Below, piece after piece: positions 12,365-24,219 of a DNA stretch of 64,000 nt (its first letter is position 1; each line of letters opens with the position of its first letter). Source of the stretch: Zygnema circumcarinatum SAG 698-1b (lineage: Eukaryota; Plantae; Zygnematophyceae). The translations under genes and the position numbers were made by a program. The DNA lies in NCBI GenBank assembly GCA_037447605.1, contig CM074806.1, forward strand, positions 1,488,001-1,552,000. The letters are read 5' to 3'. Below the pieces are notes generated by a model that saw only the letters and a program-made list of their open reading frames with translations, was not told the DNA's origin and made no database searches.

Positions 12365-12810
12365 TCTTTGAGCATCTTTCAACTGTACCCATGAACCCAC
12401 CCTTGGGCCACCAAGGGCGGTCTCCTATTTCCGGGCATTAGTCATTGTAATTTATCGATTATATTTTTCGACAGATTTTCACATCGTACATAAAGGAAAA
12501 ACGGACACTAAAGTGTGAAATCTCACCGATTTTCTTACAATTTGACATGAAAGAGCTCAGACCTTCATTGTAGCATCTCTATGCTGTGGCGAAGAATGTA
12601 AACACTGCCCTGATTCGAATCCGAAGGGCCTCAGATGCCTTGAACGAAATCATCTAAGAAAAATTTGCAAGGTCTCTCCAACACTTGGTTTGGTGCAAAC
12701 AACCCAGTTTCTCCTTCAGACATTTTTTCGTCCTTTTTACGACTGCTTCTTCCAATAAGAGGAGCATGACAAGTGACGGAGGGGGTGGCCTCACTCAGGC
12801 TCGTGCTGTA

Positions 12811-13039
12811 CCGTAAAACCGAGCAGGTTGAGAAATTGAGAAACGAGTTTTCTTAATTTCTCAATTCTGAATCTTATTAAATTGAGGAAAAAAATTAGGA
12901 ATTCATTTCTCATTTCTCAAAATGAATCGTGTTCACGAATATAGGGTTTAATTTTGAGAAACTGGTTTTGAATTTTTTTTTTTTTTGAGAAGCCAAAATC
13001 TTTGAATTTCTTTTTTTCTCAACCTGTTCGGTTTCACGG
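12811..13039. mobile_element. MITE, Tc1/mariner-like (TA-flanked, 229 bp, AT-rich)
   Basis: Inverted repeats GTACCGTAAAACCGAGCAGGTTGAGAAA (12808-12835) and TTTCTCAACCTGTTCGGTTTCACGGTAC (13015-13042) match at 26/28. Termini read TA|CCGT...ACGG|TA. No ORF; internal TTGAGAAA/TTTCTCA repeats. Confidence 0.8.
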
Positions 13040-13143
13040 TACTCCAAAGCTCACTAGCGGCAACCTTAGGTGTCGCATCGCGGGCGCCTTTTGGTTTAGG
13101 TCTCACGACCGTCCTCCCGAGAGGGCTGAGCTTCCTCGCCGCC

Positions 13144-13719
13144 ATGTTCCGCATGAGGGTGGAGGAAGCGGATATGGTGCAGAATGTTAGGCCTGGGATG
13201 GTGGTGGAAAAGAGACTGCACGTTCTCACCAATCTGGAGACAAAGTTGAAGATAGTTATTGCGCCAGAAGCCACTGTAGACGATGTGAAAGGTAGATGCA
13301 CCCAGTCGAGCCAGACATGCAGCCCCACTCCTGTTCTGCTTGAAGTCTTTGGACCTTTCCTCTAGGAATGCGTCATGGCCTTCAATGGCAGGCATTTGGC
13401 TTCATTTGTCCTTTTGTATCGGTCTGTCAACCTGGTACATCCTTTCCCGTAACTGCCGAGTTCACAACTTGTCAGACTTCCGTCCAATTGTATCTTTGAG
13501 ATATCTCGTCGGTATGTTATGAACTGCACATCTGTCTCTAAGGCTTGTCTTGGACTTGATTCAAGGCGGTTTCAGCCGTTGAGCTCAGATGTTGAGTTTC
13601 AACTCACAGAGCATTACTCATTTGACGAAGGGGCGCGGTTGGTTTGTCCAGTTCTTGTGACAAACGACCACAATCAACAATACCCGGAGCATGGCCAAAT
13701 TAAGGTCACGTCTTTGGAG
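13144..13719 (+). CDS. 5' exons of an uncharacterised plant-type protein (3' end not resolved)
   Basis: Exons 13144-13291 and 13652-13719 join in phase to give LHVLTNLETKLKIVIAPEATVDDVKVLVTNDHNQQYPEHGQIKVTSLE. From memory this resembles an N-terminal V.TNLDT.L...V....TV.D.K....EH...FP..G.I motif of uncharacterised land-plant proteins. Downstream exons are uncertain. Confidence 0.45.
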
Positions 13720-14834
13720 GTAATTTGAAGTTGCTTTTTCCAAGCAAAATGATATTCAAATAGGCAGGCAATCATGGAGCCATCGGGTAGGCATATAGGT
13801 GCGGTGGCAGGCGAGCAGTGATTTCTGTGTTGTGCTTAAATTTTTTCTGAGGACACTTGTGGCTGCTCGAGTAAGCGAGCAGTCTATGTTCTGTTCGGGA
13901 CAGCACCATGTGAAGGTCCGACTGTTCTGCTGAGTCAATTTTTATGCACTTGTTCAATGATTGCGAGCTTGCCCGCACCGGCCATATGTATGTTTGAGCT
14001 TTATCCATGGGAAATTACAAGACGTCAACAGAGGAAGGTTTACTCTAAAAGAATCGAGCAACAATTATATGCCTCTTTATTTTATCTATTCAGGTGATTT
14101 TTCTCTCTGCTGTTTGAGAATGGATTGAAGTTCTCACAGTCTAAAATCTAAAGAAGCGAGCCACCGGTCTTAAACACTAGCAATTTACAGGATAGGAACA
14201 ATGCCGTCCGACTTTTCTAGCTCCTTTGAGTAAACTGGTTATTCAAGCAGAAGGTGTCGCTCGATTCTGCAGGTAAATTGTCTGAAGGAGAGCGAATTGA
14301 TGGACACTCTGTAGGGTGTGCTTCGATTGACTCTGCATTCCGTGATGGGGCATTTGGTACAATGGCAGACGTTCACTGGGTACCAGTTGAGGGGATCGCA
14401 ATATATTCAGCGCCTTATCGGAGATGATGAAGTGGTGGTGGCCGTCGTTCACAGAGAGGAGAGGAGGCAGCAGTGAGTGGATCACTCTTAAAACCGCATC
14501 TTAATAGCCTTTTTGCCGGAGGTTGGGACCTTTTTGTATGGCCTTTCAGGCCTTTCTTTCAGTGGCCTCATTCTCATTCTCATTTTAACTTGTCATGTCG
14601 TCTTTCTCACAAGTTCTTCAGCGCCTGATTTCGAAATGTCAGCAGCAATTCCTAGAAAAGGGGATTTGTTTTACCAATGTGGTGGAGTACTATAATAAAG
14701 ATCAGATGTATTCTTTGCCTACAACTATGTTGCGTGTTATTAAGTAGGTGCCTACAACTGCCTTGTCTCATTTTCGAGTCCATGTGAGGCTCGAGATTCA
14801 GTCACGAAGATGTTCGATAATTTGAAGTTTCTGG

Positions 14835-14970
14835 AGCGTAGTTTCTGGCGTAGTTTTCCGCTCTTAGCTTCGTTCTATTGTGCTTGGGTCCTTTGCGACC
14901 AGTCCCTCGTGGTTCCACATCATGCTTTGTCCATGTACATTTAATGGCTTCGCCATCGTGAGTTCAATGA
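14835..14970 (-). repeat. Dispersed repeat family, copy 3
   Basis: Reverse complement CATTGAACTCACGATGGCGAAGCCATTAAATGTACATGGACAAAGCATGATGTGGAACCACGAGGGACTGGTCGCAAAGGACCCAAG aligns with copy 1, including about 50 nt of weaker downstream similarity. Confidence 0.75.
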
Positions 14971-15001
14971 AATTTTCTTTTTCTGGAGCTAATTGGTGTT
15001 G

Positions 15002-15061
15002 GTGACCGTCCCCGTGACCGTCCCCGTGACCGTCCCCGTGACCGTCCCCGTGACCTTCCCC
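15002..15061 (+). repeat. 12-bp tandem repeat GTGACCGTCCCC x5 (last unit variant)
   Basis: Seen directly in the sequence. Confidence 0.95.
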
Positions 15062-15195
15062 CTTTCCCTGCTCGTGCGTGCCCAACATCGGCAACCTGCG
15101 GCTGCTTCTCGAGCCTTCTCTTGAGTTTTGCTCATAATTGTCGTTAGGTCGTTTGAACCGGTTCACTTCGGTTTTACATGTCGAATCGTTCACAT

Positions 15196-15230
15196 ACATT
15201 TGATGGCATGGCCATCGTGAGATTAATGCC
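15196..15230 (-). repeat. Dispersed repeat family, copy 4 (core)
   Basis: Reverse complement GGCATTAATCTCACGATGGCCATGCCATCAAATGT. Confidence 0.7.
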
Positions 15231-16049
15231 GAATCCATCCTTTCGGAGGCTCACTAAGCTCACAAGTCACACTCGAAGCAACAAAAATATAAGCAGAATC
15301 TTTCATTCCTGAACAGTACAACACGGGAACAGCTGTGCAGCCAACCATGTCTGGGTGAGGGAGCTCCGCGAGTGTGGAACCACCGTCTGCGTTGTGCTCC
15401 ATTGCCCGTTCATTCACGGCCCATTCCTGTGGCGGCAGGCGCCGTGGGACAGCAGCCCCCATAGCCTTGCTCCTTGCTCTTAATTTTCAAATTGTCAGTC
15501 CCTGCCTGCCCGCCCGCCCGCCTCGTCGGGTGCAGTGCCGCCCGACAGGCCGCCGACCGACCGGCCGGCAGGCGCACCGCCGGAACCTCCCGCAGACCTG
15601 CGCGTCCGTACAGCACGCACCGACCTCGCCGCTGCGGGTCTATGGCCGCTCTATGCGACCCACAGTAATGTTACCGTAGAGTACGCGCCTATCGCACATG
15701 TGATCATGTTCGTACTGTACGAAAGAGAGGGATCCGTACGTGTGTGTGTATACGGACGCCGTTGCGGTCCGCCATGGCACATTTCTGTTGCAGTCCCTCG
15801 CTCGCTCCGCCCGCCCTCGCCCTCGCCCTCGCCCTCTCCCTCTCCCTCCCTTCCGCTCGGCTCGCTCTGCTCGCCTGCATCCTCCTCCTCCTGCTGCTTC
15901 CTGTGGAGCGCTATCGATGCGCAATACGGCCTCCTTACGTGCTGATTCACGATCTACGTGTGTTAAGGAGTATTGGAGAGAGGTGTGCTGAGTCGATCAC
16001 AGGTTTTTTGTGTGGAGGGAAAGCTGAACGCTCTGGCTCTTTTCGAAGA

Positions 16050-19000
16050 ATGTCGCCCTCTGTGTTGCCGCATAGTAGCGGCAGCTGGAGCCACCGGGCC
16101 CGAATAAAGGCATTCCTTCCCTTGCTTTCAGACAGGCACAACGGTCAGGCTCCTAAAGGACATCCTGGCCGCCACAGCGAGCTTGGATGGCGGAGAGTTC
16201 GGTATTTCTTCTTTTACGGCCTTTTGCCATTTTCCGTCATGATGTTCTACTTCCGCATTGCCAGCTCGAATGCATCGGCCAGCGGCCTTCCCCACCAAGA
16301 CCCTTTGGTAGGCGATCCTGAATACCATCCTGTCATCCACCATGTGATCCACACACGACTTACTGTAGGGAAATTGTAGGATCTGCACGCGCGTTGCTTT
16401 CTTCTTGCAATTTGTCCCATTTTTTGGACACCGCTCACGCTGACCCGTAGAATCTCTTGTCTAGCGGAATGCAATATGGGAGTCGTGGTTCAGATGCTTT
16501 CTCAGGCAGTAATTCGTCCGCTTAGTTGTCTCTATATTGAAGCTGGATGTTACATTTCAGGGTAGCTCCCTAGGCCTCCCACACATATGCCTTGCCTACT
16601 TTACGTAGTAATTGGGCAAGAGCGACGATTTTCATTTAGACTCTGCAGCAAGTTGCGGTAGAGCTGAAGGATTATGCCGATGTTAGCCTTCCAACTCCCC
16701 TCGGCTGTTCTTACTTCCTCCAACATCAAAGTGGAAGTACAGAGACAATCTTAAGTTGGAGGAGTGTCATATGTTTTTCCGCTCGTAGGCGTATACATAA
16801 TTTTTCTTGTGTTAATCCCTCATGTTTGTTTTTGAAGTCACGTCAGTCTTCAGTAGAGTTTAATTGCAACTCAAGTTTAAAGAGGCTGGTACCTTTCAAG
16901 GTTTTTCATCCATTCTTTCACTTCTTGACAAAGCACGCAGCCTAAATTAGTCAGCTAAGGCAAGAATGGTCACTTAAGCAACGCACGTTCTTGCACAATG
17001 TTCCTTTCTTATCCCATATAGTGAATCGGAAAGAAAAGTTTTGCTATGTGGAAACGCTGGGCAAGTTTCTTGCAATTCTCCTTGCCGATTTCTCCAATAG
17101 TTGCGGACCCATTCTGCCGTCTGGTATGCCGGTGGAGATTTCTAACTTAATCCTTTAATGTGATTTGAAGTTATGCTTAAGCTGTACAGAACGAACAGCC
17201 TAATGAGACCAGCACTTGTGGACAAAAAGGAACAATCTTGAGTATGTGAGCTGAAGTGTATTTGTAAGGTATGAACTAATTAGTCTATTTTTTAGATCAA
17301 AGCACTTATCATATTTGCGAGTCTGAAGCTCTCTTTGTTTACCTATTTGAGTCATTTGCTATTAGGTGGCCTGCAGATGCAAAGCGGACCTTCTTTTTCA
17401 AGGCAGATATAGCAGGAAAGTCAATTCCGAAGATGAACTTGATAACATGGTCCCGAGTAGATCTCGAGCGTTGGAAGCTTTTTCTAACATTAGGAACCAC
17501 TGAAGTAGAGGCTGCCTAGATGCAGTACGCACATAATGAAAAGGAGTATTTCAGTCATGGACGCGTATGACTATGCAGGCGTTATGGCTCATGCATGCCA
17601 CAACAATAAAGACGATTTCAAGTTTGTTGCCTAGTTTGTTGAGTGAGAATGTGTTTCTTCTCGGTGCTAGCAACATTGATGCCTATATAAAGCCGCCAGA
17701 AGATTAAAGAGAGATGGCCCAGCTTACAGAATGTGCAGTGTTTTTCTGGAGCGGAGAGAGTGTTGCAGAGAGGACTAAAGTTGGGAAGTGTCTTCACATA
17801 GTCGCTTAGGCCATTCTTTAAGGTCTAGGTGCAAAGTCGGGCCTGAAACGAAAGGTAAGTGAAGTTGGCAATCATGTACTGGGACCATCTGGCAGTACTA
17901 GTTCATTTGTGAACTCGTTTGTGCAAGCAGGAACAAGTGTTCAGAAAACTATAGAGTATCATGCCTCAGATCAGCACGTTAGACAAACGTGCCATCTACA
18001 TGCAATAGCATAGTCGTAAAGGACTAGAAAGAGGGGGAAGCCTTGGAAGGTAGTGTGACTAGTCCCTTTGCCATTGTTAGTGTGACTTTCCGGATTGTTG
18101 TCAAATTTCAAGGACTCATTGGGAGAGTGATTCTTGTTGTGTTGCTGCAGGTCAGACAAAGACTTGACCAACTTCCTAGTGCTTTCATAAGTGATATTGA
18201 CACGATGTTGAAAAATACGACTTTCTTGTACTTTGATGACAAGGTGCATGCATGCGTTTCCATCACCAGTCGTCCTTTGGCACCAGTAGCAGCCCTCCAT
18301 AGGACGACAGGTCAAATGCTTTGCACAGACTGAAAGTGTCAATTCTTTATGGTCGGTGTGCGGGTTCCATATGTTCAAGTTCCAGTAAGGCAACTTCACA
18401 ACAACTTTGACCGCACGATCTTACCATGTTCGGCCTCTGGGCAATGACTTAGGTCGCTGTGCTGATGAGGGATTAGCGATTGGTGGAGTTGGCCTCAGGA
18501 CCCTGAAGAGGAGCAGAGTCTGGTCAACGATCAAATACATCCATGCACAAAGAGGCCCCCGAACTGGCCACGTATGTGCTTTTCATGGCTCTAGTTTAGA
18601 CAAAAAGGGTGGTTAAAGTCCTGCAGTGTGTGCAGATGTGCTATTACTCTTGCATAATCCACGGTAGTTCATAAGTGAATTGGTAAACATCGTAAACTCT
18701 ACGAAAAAGTCCGCATCATATCAGAGGGATTGCAATGGTTGGTCAGCACCGGTAGGGCTCAGCAGGGTTGAATGGTTGAGCTTCTATTTCTGACGCTTGT
18801 GAAACTCACAAGCTCGGCTGCGTTGCCTTTGCTTTTGCTTGCTCCTTCTAGAAGCGTGTGCTTTTGTTACACTCTAGTGAATGCATATGAGCATATGCAC
18901 ATACGAGCCAGCCTAAAAGAAGGCGTTCTTGTGTCTACTTGCATGCAGCTCCCCCTAAGAACACAAATGGATATCTCTTGGTGCGCTCAAATGGAGGTCT

Positions 19001-22000
19001 GAACCAGATGCGAGCTGCTGTAAGTGCCAAGAAAGGCAGTCCATTTGATCCGAGCAACAGCCGTTTTGCCTATGATTGGAGATCTTATTGGAGGTCTATA
19101 TAGTGAAGCATTTTATCCTGCTCCGACCAGGGAAGCACTTTCTATTGCGCCTTCTATACAAGAAGCAAGAATCCCCCATACTGTGTGTTTCACAAACATT
19201 AGGATACCTAAAGATATGGAAGGAAGGTACCCAAGAGTCATGTCTGGGAAATCATTTCCTTAAGAATCTTCCAACACTTGACATCCTAGGGACATGCATG
19301 TGTGCATCTTGGGAGCAAGCTCTGCTTGCCTTTCCTTTTTCTCGATATCCAGTTGGCTCGCCTCATACAACTCAATTGCTCTTCTAATGAGTCTCAATGG
19401 CGTAATGAGGGCTTGTTTGTGAAGTGCAGATCTGTGACATGGTAGCCGTTGCTCGTTTAATCAATGCAACCATGGTCATTCCTGAGCTTGATAAGACATC
19501 CTTTTGGGCAGACCAAAGGTACGGGAATCACTGTTGATGATGCTCAAAGCCCAAGCTTAAGCCAACACCTGTTTATATGCGAGCATGCTACATCGCCAAT
19601 TCCTTCCGACCCTGAATCCTTCGTCTGTGTCTGTTCTTCGCCGTTGGCAGCAATTTTGCGGACGTGTTTGACTTGCAACATTTTATGGATTTTCTGAAGG
19701 ATGAGATCAGCATTGTGGAGCGATTGCCGCCCCAATATTCTCACCTGACCAATGACAATGTATATACTATGGACCCTGTCAGCTGGTCTGATACTGGGTA
19801 TTATTTGAGCGTTTTGCTCCCCCTTCTTAAGAAGCATGAGGTAAGCTCGATTGTAACCAGAACTAATCACTTCACAACGCCATGCTATTTGGGCCCTGGA
19901 AAGGCCTATAGCTGCATTTTCAGCAGCGTTATATGATTGTCTTTTGGTAATGGCTCTTCATTGCCGGCTGCAGGTCATTCGGCTGTATCAGACAGACTCG
20001 CGTCTGGCAAACAACCCTCCGGATGTGCCTCGGTCCCTGCAGAAGCTGCGTTGCCGTGTACAGTTCCATGCGCTGCAGTTCACACCGGCACTTCGCAGGC
20101 TGGGCAAGAAGATAGTACGGCGCCTGCACAAGCAGGGTCCTTTCATTGCCCTCCACCTGCGATACGAAATGGACATGCTTGCCTTCACCGGATGCACTCA
20201 TGGTTGCACCAAGTCGGAAGAACACAACTTAACCAGACTGCGGTAAGTGAATGGGGTTCCTTGTGAATTTCAAGATTACCTCTGGTTGTTGCCCAGCCCT
20301 TTTCAATGTCAGTCAAGATATGCGAAGGACGATCAGCATTTGCCTGCCTTAGTAGCTTTTGATAGTAGAGTTCGACAGCTGACGCCGGGTAGTTGTACGC
20401 TTCAGCTATCGAACTGCACGATGGAGAGAAAAGGACATCGATGGGGTGCAGAGAAGGCATGCGGGGGAGTGTCCCCTGACTCCGGAAGAAGTGGCCCTTG
20501 CCCTACGAGCTATGGGATATAACAGGAGCACGCAGATTTATGTTGCCTCTGGGAAGATTTATGGAGGCAAGAGGAGGCTTGCACGGTTTCTCTCAGTATT
20601 TCCCAACACGGTATGTGTGGCTTCTCATGTTAGCTAGGCTCATGTGTGGAGAAGAGACAAGCACGAACCCTGAAAGCAGCTCATTGAGCACTGCCATCGC
20701 CGCCTCATCCTGAATGATATGGCTTAGCAATGAAATCATATGTTTTGTATAACCTGCCATGCGCTATGCAACAGTTGGCAGCGAATGTTTCTGCTTGCAG
20801 ATGCTGTAAGAAAGAACCTTCTGCATTGTCTTGTTTGCTAGATTTTTTTTTGCTGAACTCCTCTCATGTTACTGTTCATCCTGCGCAGCTACGCAAGGAG
20901 ATGCTCGTTACAGCAGACGAGCTTGCTCCTTTTCGCAACCATTCATCGCAGTTGGCAGCTCTGGATTACATGGTGTCGGTTGCTGCAGATGTTTTCCTCT
21001 CGACTTTCCATGGCAACATGGCACGATTGGTCGAAGGGCATCGAAGGTGAGAGCGTGGTCTATTGAATCTGAACCCTGGCGACGTCTGTAGTGGATTTGA
21101 TTGAACACTAGCCTTTGGTGAAGGAGCATCGCCACTGCAGAGGCGGCCTCCGTCCTTGAAGCTTGTGTCAGGGATTGTAGAGATTTACCAAACTATGCTG
21201 GTCCAAGTGCTGCATGATGTGTGGATGGCAGCAGTCATCCACACACCTTGGATGGTGGTTTTTTGCCTATGGCAGCAGCTTTTTACTGTCTTCGTTACTT
21301 ACGGTAGCAGTGCTTCTCGCCCGCAGATATCTTGGTTTTCGAAAAACCCTCTTACCTAACCGGAAACGTTTGGTGGAGTTGTTTGAGGCGTATGAGAACG
21401 GAAGTATTAGTTGGAAGAAACTGTCTGCCAAAGTGGTGAAGGTCCACAAGGACAGGTTAGGCGGGCCAGCGCAACGGTCTGTCGTCCCAGGTCATCCGAA
21501 AGAGGAAGATAACTTCTTTCAGGTATGCTCGTTCTGCAAGCTCCTCCACAGCTGATTAGGTACGGATGCAAAGCATTCCCTTCCTCGTTTGGTTTGGTCG
21601 ATCATCTCACATGGACCTCAAATTTAGCTTACTGAAAGTGTGCATATGTGTCATTGAGTTGTCAACAAATCCGCTTTTGATAGCAACCATTCCTCTCCCT
21701 GCACCTCCTCCTGCCCTCCTCCCTCCTACTTTTCCCCTTCCCCTCTGGGCTCAAGGAATCCCCCAAGTAATTCTTGCGATTACCAGTAGCAAGGGAGAGA
21801 CTAACAACACCCTTTGTGGGGTGTGACGCACAGAATCCTCAGGAGTGCATCTGCACGAATGAGGAATTGGAGTCAGGTCTCAGCGATGACGACAGTGTCG
21901 ACCTGCACCACGCACTGACAGAGACAACATCACAGCTTCCCGCGCTCGAGTCCCTAAAGGCGAATCCACACACAAACACAACTTTGCCCAAGGACTCTCA

Positions 22001-22220
22001 TCAGGGAGAGCAGGTCAACAGAAAGCTCGAAGGAAAAAAGGAAAAGTTTGCGCTACATAAAGGAGGAGATGACACATTACAGGAGGATACGGGCTTGCAA
22101 GGCGTATCGCAGAGTAGCCATGAAAGTAGCGAGAACGGAGGAAGTGCAGTTGAAGAGGGGGGGTTAGATAGAACGATGTTGGCGTTGTTGAACCAGCGCC
22201 ATAATTTATCTTCAGTGTAG
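16050..22220 (+). CDS. Plant O-fucosyltransferase-family (DUF246/GT106-like) type II membrane glycosyltransferase
   Basis: Conserved exons: 18949-19019 ([19 protein letters not shown]), 19430-19518 ([14 protein letters not shown]), 19651-19840, 19974-20242 ([16 protein letters not shown]), 20406-20610 (GECPLTPEE), 20889-21046 (AALDYMVS), 21327-21522, 21834-22220 (NPQECIC...stop). Exon 1 (16050-16307) encodes a TM segment. Exons between 16308 and 18948 are only partly resolved (e.g. one ending at 18571). Confidence 0.92.
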
Positions 22221-23134
22221 CCATGTAAATTATGATTTTTCAGAATACAAAGCATTGATTCTTCACGTCCTTTGTCTCAAATTCTCTGGACAGTGTGCAG
22301 TCTGTGCAAGTGACTCTTCTCATCTGTGTCGATTGACGCCAGCGGACTATTTTTGTGCACTGTTGACCACTTCACGTGTGGTTTTCTGTATGTAAATTAT
22401 TTGAATACGTGGTGGATAACCTATAAGGACAGCATGAGAGCTCACGTGAACCCAATGCTTTGGGATGGGGAATACAACTCGGTAGGACTTCGAACGTATG
22501 AAGGTGACATGGGTTACAGCACTCATGTATTCTACAGTTCACAAAACCAAATGAACATAAATGAAGATACTCAAGGTATGCCATGTTCCAAACGAACCTT
22601 GAGACTGCACGCACTCTGAACGCTATTCATAGCCACAGCCACAGGATCGCTACCAAGGACCTCAAACGAATTCCAGAAGAGTTTTTCGGAAGAATATTAA
22701 GACAAAACAATCACAGAGCAGTTGAAAAAGACATGCGCCAGTAAATTTGCGTTTCTGTCGTCTGCCCGATACGATGTGTTATTGCCATTGAAGAGCCGCG
22801 GACTTTTTGAACAAAGAACAGGAGCCAATCAATAGAAGCACGTTGCATGCAACACTGCGCATGAGGCCATAAAAGTGAAGATTGTGCAAAGAACTGGAAT
22901 AATCGCAAAAGGACAGCTTGAAGCCCCGCAGATTGGTGACACCAGCCAGGCACAACTATCAGCAGCATATGGTTGATCTCAAAATGCCGTGGCTTACTAC
23001 AGCGATATTACTCGGAGGAGCTCACCGCACACGTCGTCTAAATGTAATGGTAACAAAACATTGACGCCACAAGTTGGAAGAGTCATGGACGAAAATCTAA
23101 ATGATGCCTCAATCAAATAATCTAGGGACGACTG

Positions 23135-23935
23135 TCATGATGATGGGGCCAACACTTTCTTAAGTTTCTCTGCTTCAATATACGCAGTTGTGTAAGGCAG
23201 GAACTCTTCTGCATGCTCGCCTGCCACGTTAGTAACGCTGTCTGCCAGCTTCACAATATCCATTTTCTCGTCAGAGGAAAGGTCACGGACAAACCGCGCA
23301 GGTGTTCCTGACCAAAGCTGGCCTCCTGGAATAAGTCGCCCTGGGGGCACAACCGAGCCGTCTCCAAGAATAGCATGCTTCTGTACAATGGATCCCTCCA
23401 TCACCACGCAGCGGTGGCCGATAACGACCTCATCCTCTATACTGCATGACCTCAGGCTGCACTGCGAGCCAACGGTGACATATCTGCCGACGGTGGTCTC
23501 AGCTGAAAGGCCCGTAGGAGAAGTCTCACTGGCGTGTATGATGGTCTTCTCACCAACGCTTGAATAAGCTCCGACACGAATGGAGTTCAGATCTCCCCGC
23601 AGCACAGCGCCATACCACACAACTGCACGATCTTCGACCACCACGTCGCCAACAAGTGTGGCATTAGGAGCCACCCATGCGTCCACCGCTACATCAGGCA
23701 CCTTGTGATTCAAAGCCATCAGCTGCCTGTGCCTGTTGTATATCTCCTTTGCGGCCGCATTTTCCACAGAGGTTGAAAATCCTCTTGCGACTCCATGCGC
23801 CTTGCTGAACGCTACCAGGGAGACGGGCCTGCAGACTTCCTGCTGAATACCTCCAGCAAGTGAAGAGCCTGAAACCGCGCGCCGAAGCAGGCGGCGGTAG
23901 AGAACGACAGACCTCCTTGGGAGCAGCCCTGCCAT
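23135..23935 (-). CDS. GAMMA-CAL: Gamma carbonic anhydrase-like protein (mitochondrial complex I CA-domain subunit)
   Basis: Single 266-aa ORF with a presequence-like N-terminus, hexapeptide repeats, VLRGDLNSI, SPTGL, VPPGRLIP..LWSGTPARFVR and the EFLPYTTAY C-terminus typical of CAL rather than CA. Confidence 0.93.
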   Translation of the reverse strand: MAGLLPRRSVVLYRRLLRRAVSGSSLAGGIQQEVCRPVSLVAFSKAHGVARGFSTSVENAAAKEIYNRHRQLMALNHKVPDVAVDAWVAPNATLVGDVVVEDRAVVWYGAVLRGDLNSIRVGAYSSVGEKTIIHASETSPTGLSAETTVGRYVTVGSQCSLRSCSIEDEVVIGHRCVVMEGSIVQKHAILGDGSVVPPGRLIPGGQLWSGTPARFVRDLSSDEKMDIVKLADSVTNVAGEHAEEFLPYTTAYIEAEKLKKVLAPSS

Positions 23936-24219
23936 GGCTGCCGTCCTCCCTCAGCAGCCACACGCGCCTCTCTCTTCTTCAGGCGCATCCCTCGATTAGG
24001 GCAAACGCGACATTGAGCCAACTAAAATAATTTCACACTTGGCCAAACAAACAGCCCATCGTTGAAAAAGGTAGAAGTCGTACTTCCGGGCAGGTAAAAA
24101 TTTCAGAAAAAAAAATTGGTCCGGTTTCCTTTTTCACAAAAAGTGGTTTGGACTGAGTCTTGGCGGGCGCCCTGAGGGGGGAGGGAGAAGAGGAGCGGTG
24201 GGAGAGGGGGGAGGGCGCC

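Noticed and set aside
15002-15061. CRISPR-like array
   Set aside because: Contiguous 12-bp tandem units without spacers in a eukaryotic context.
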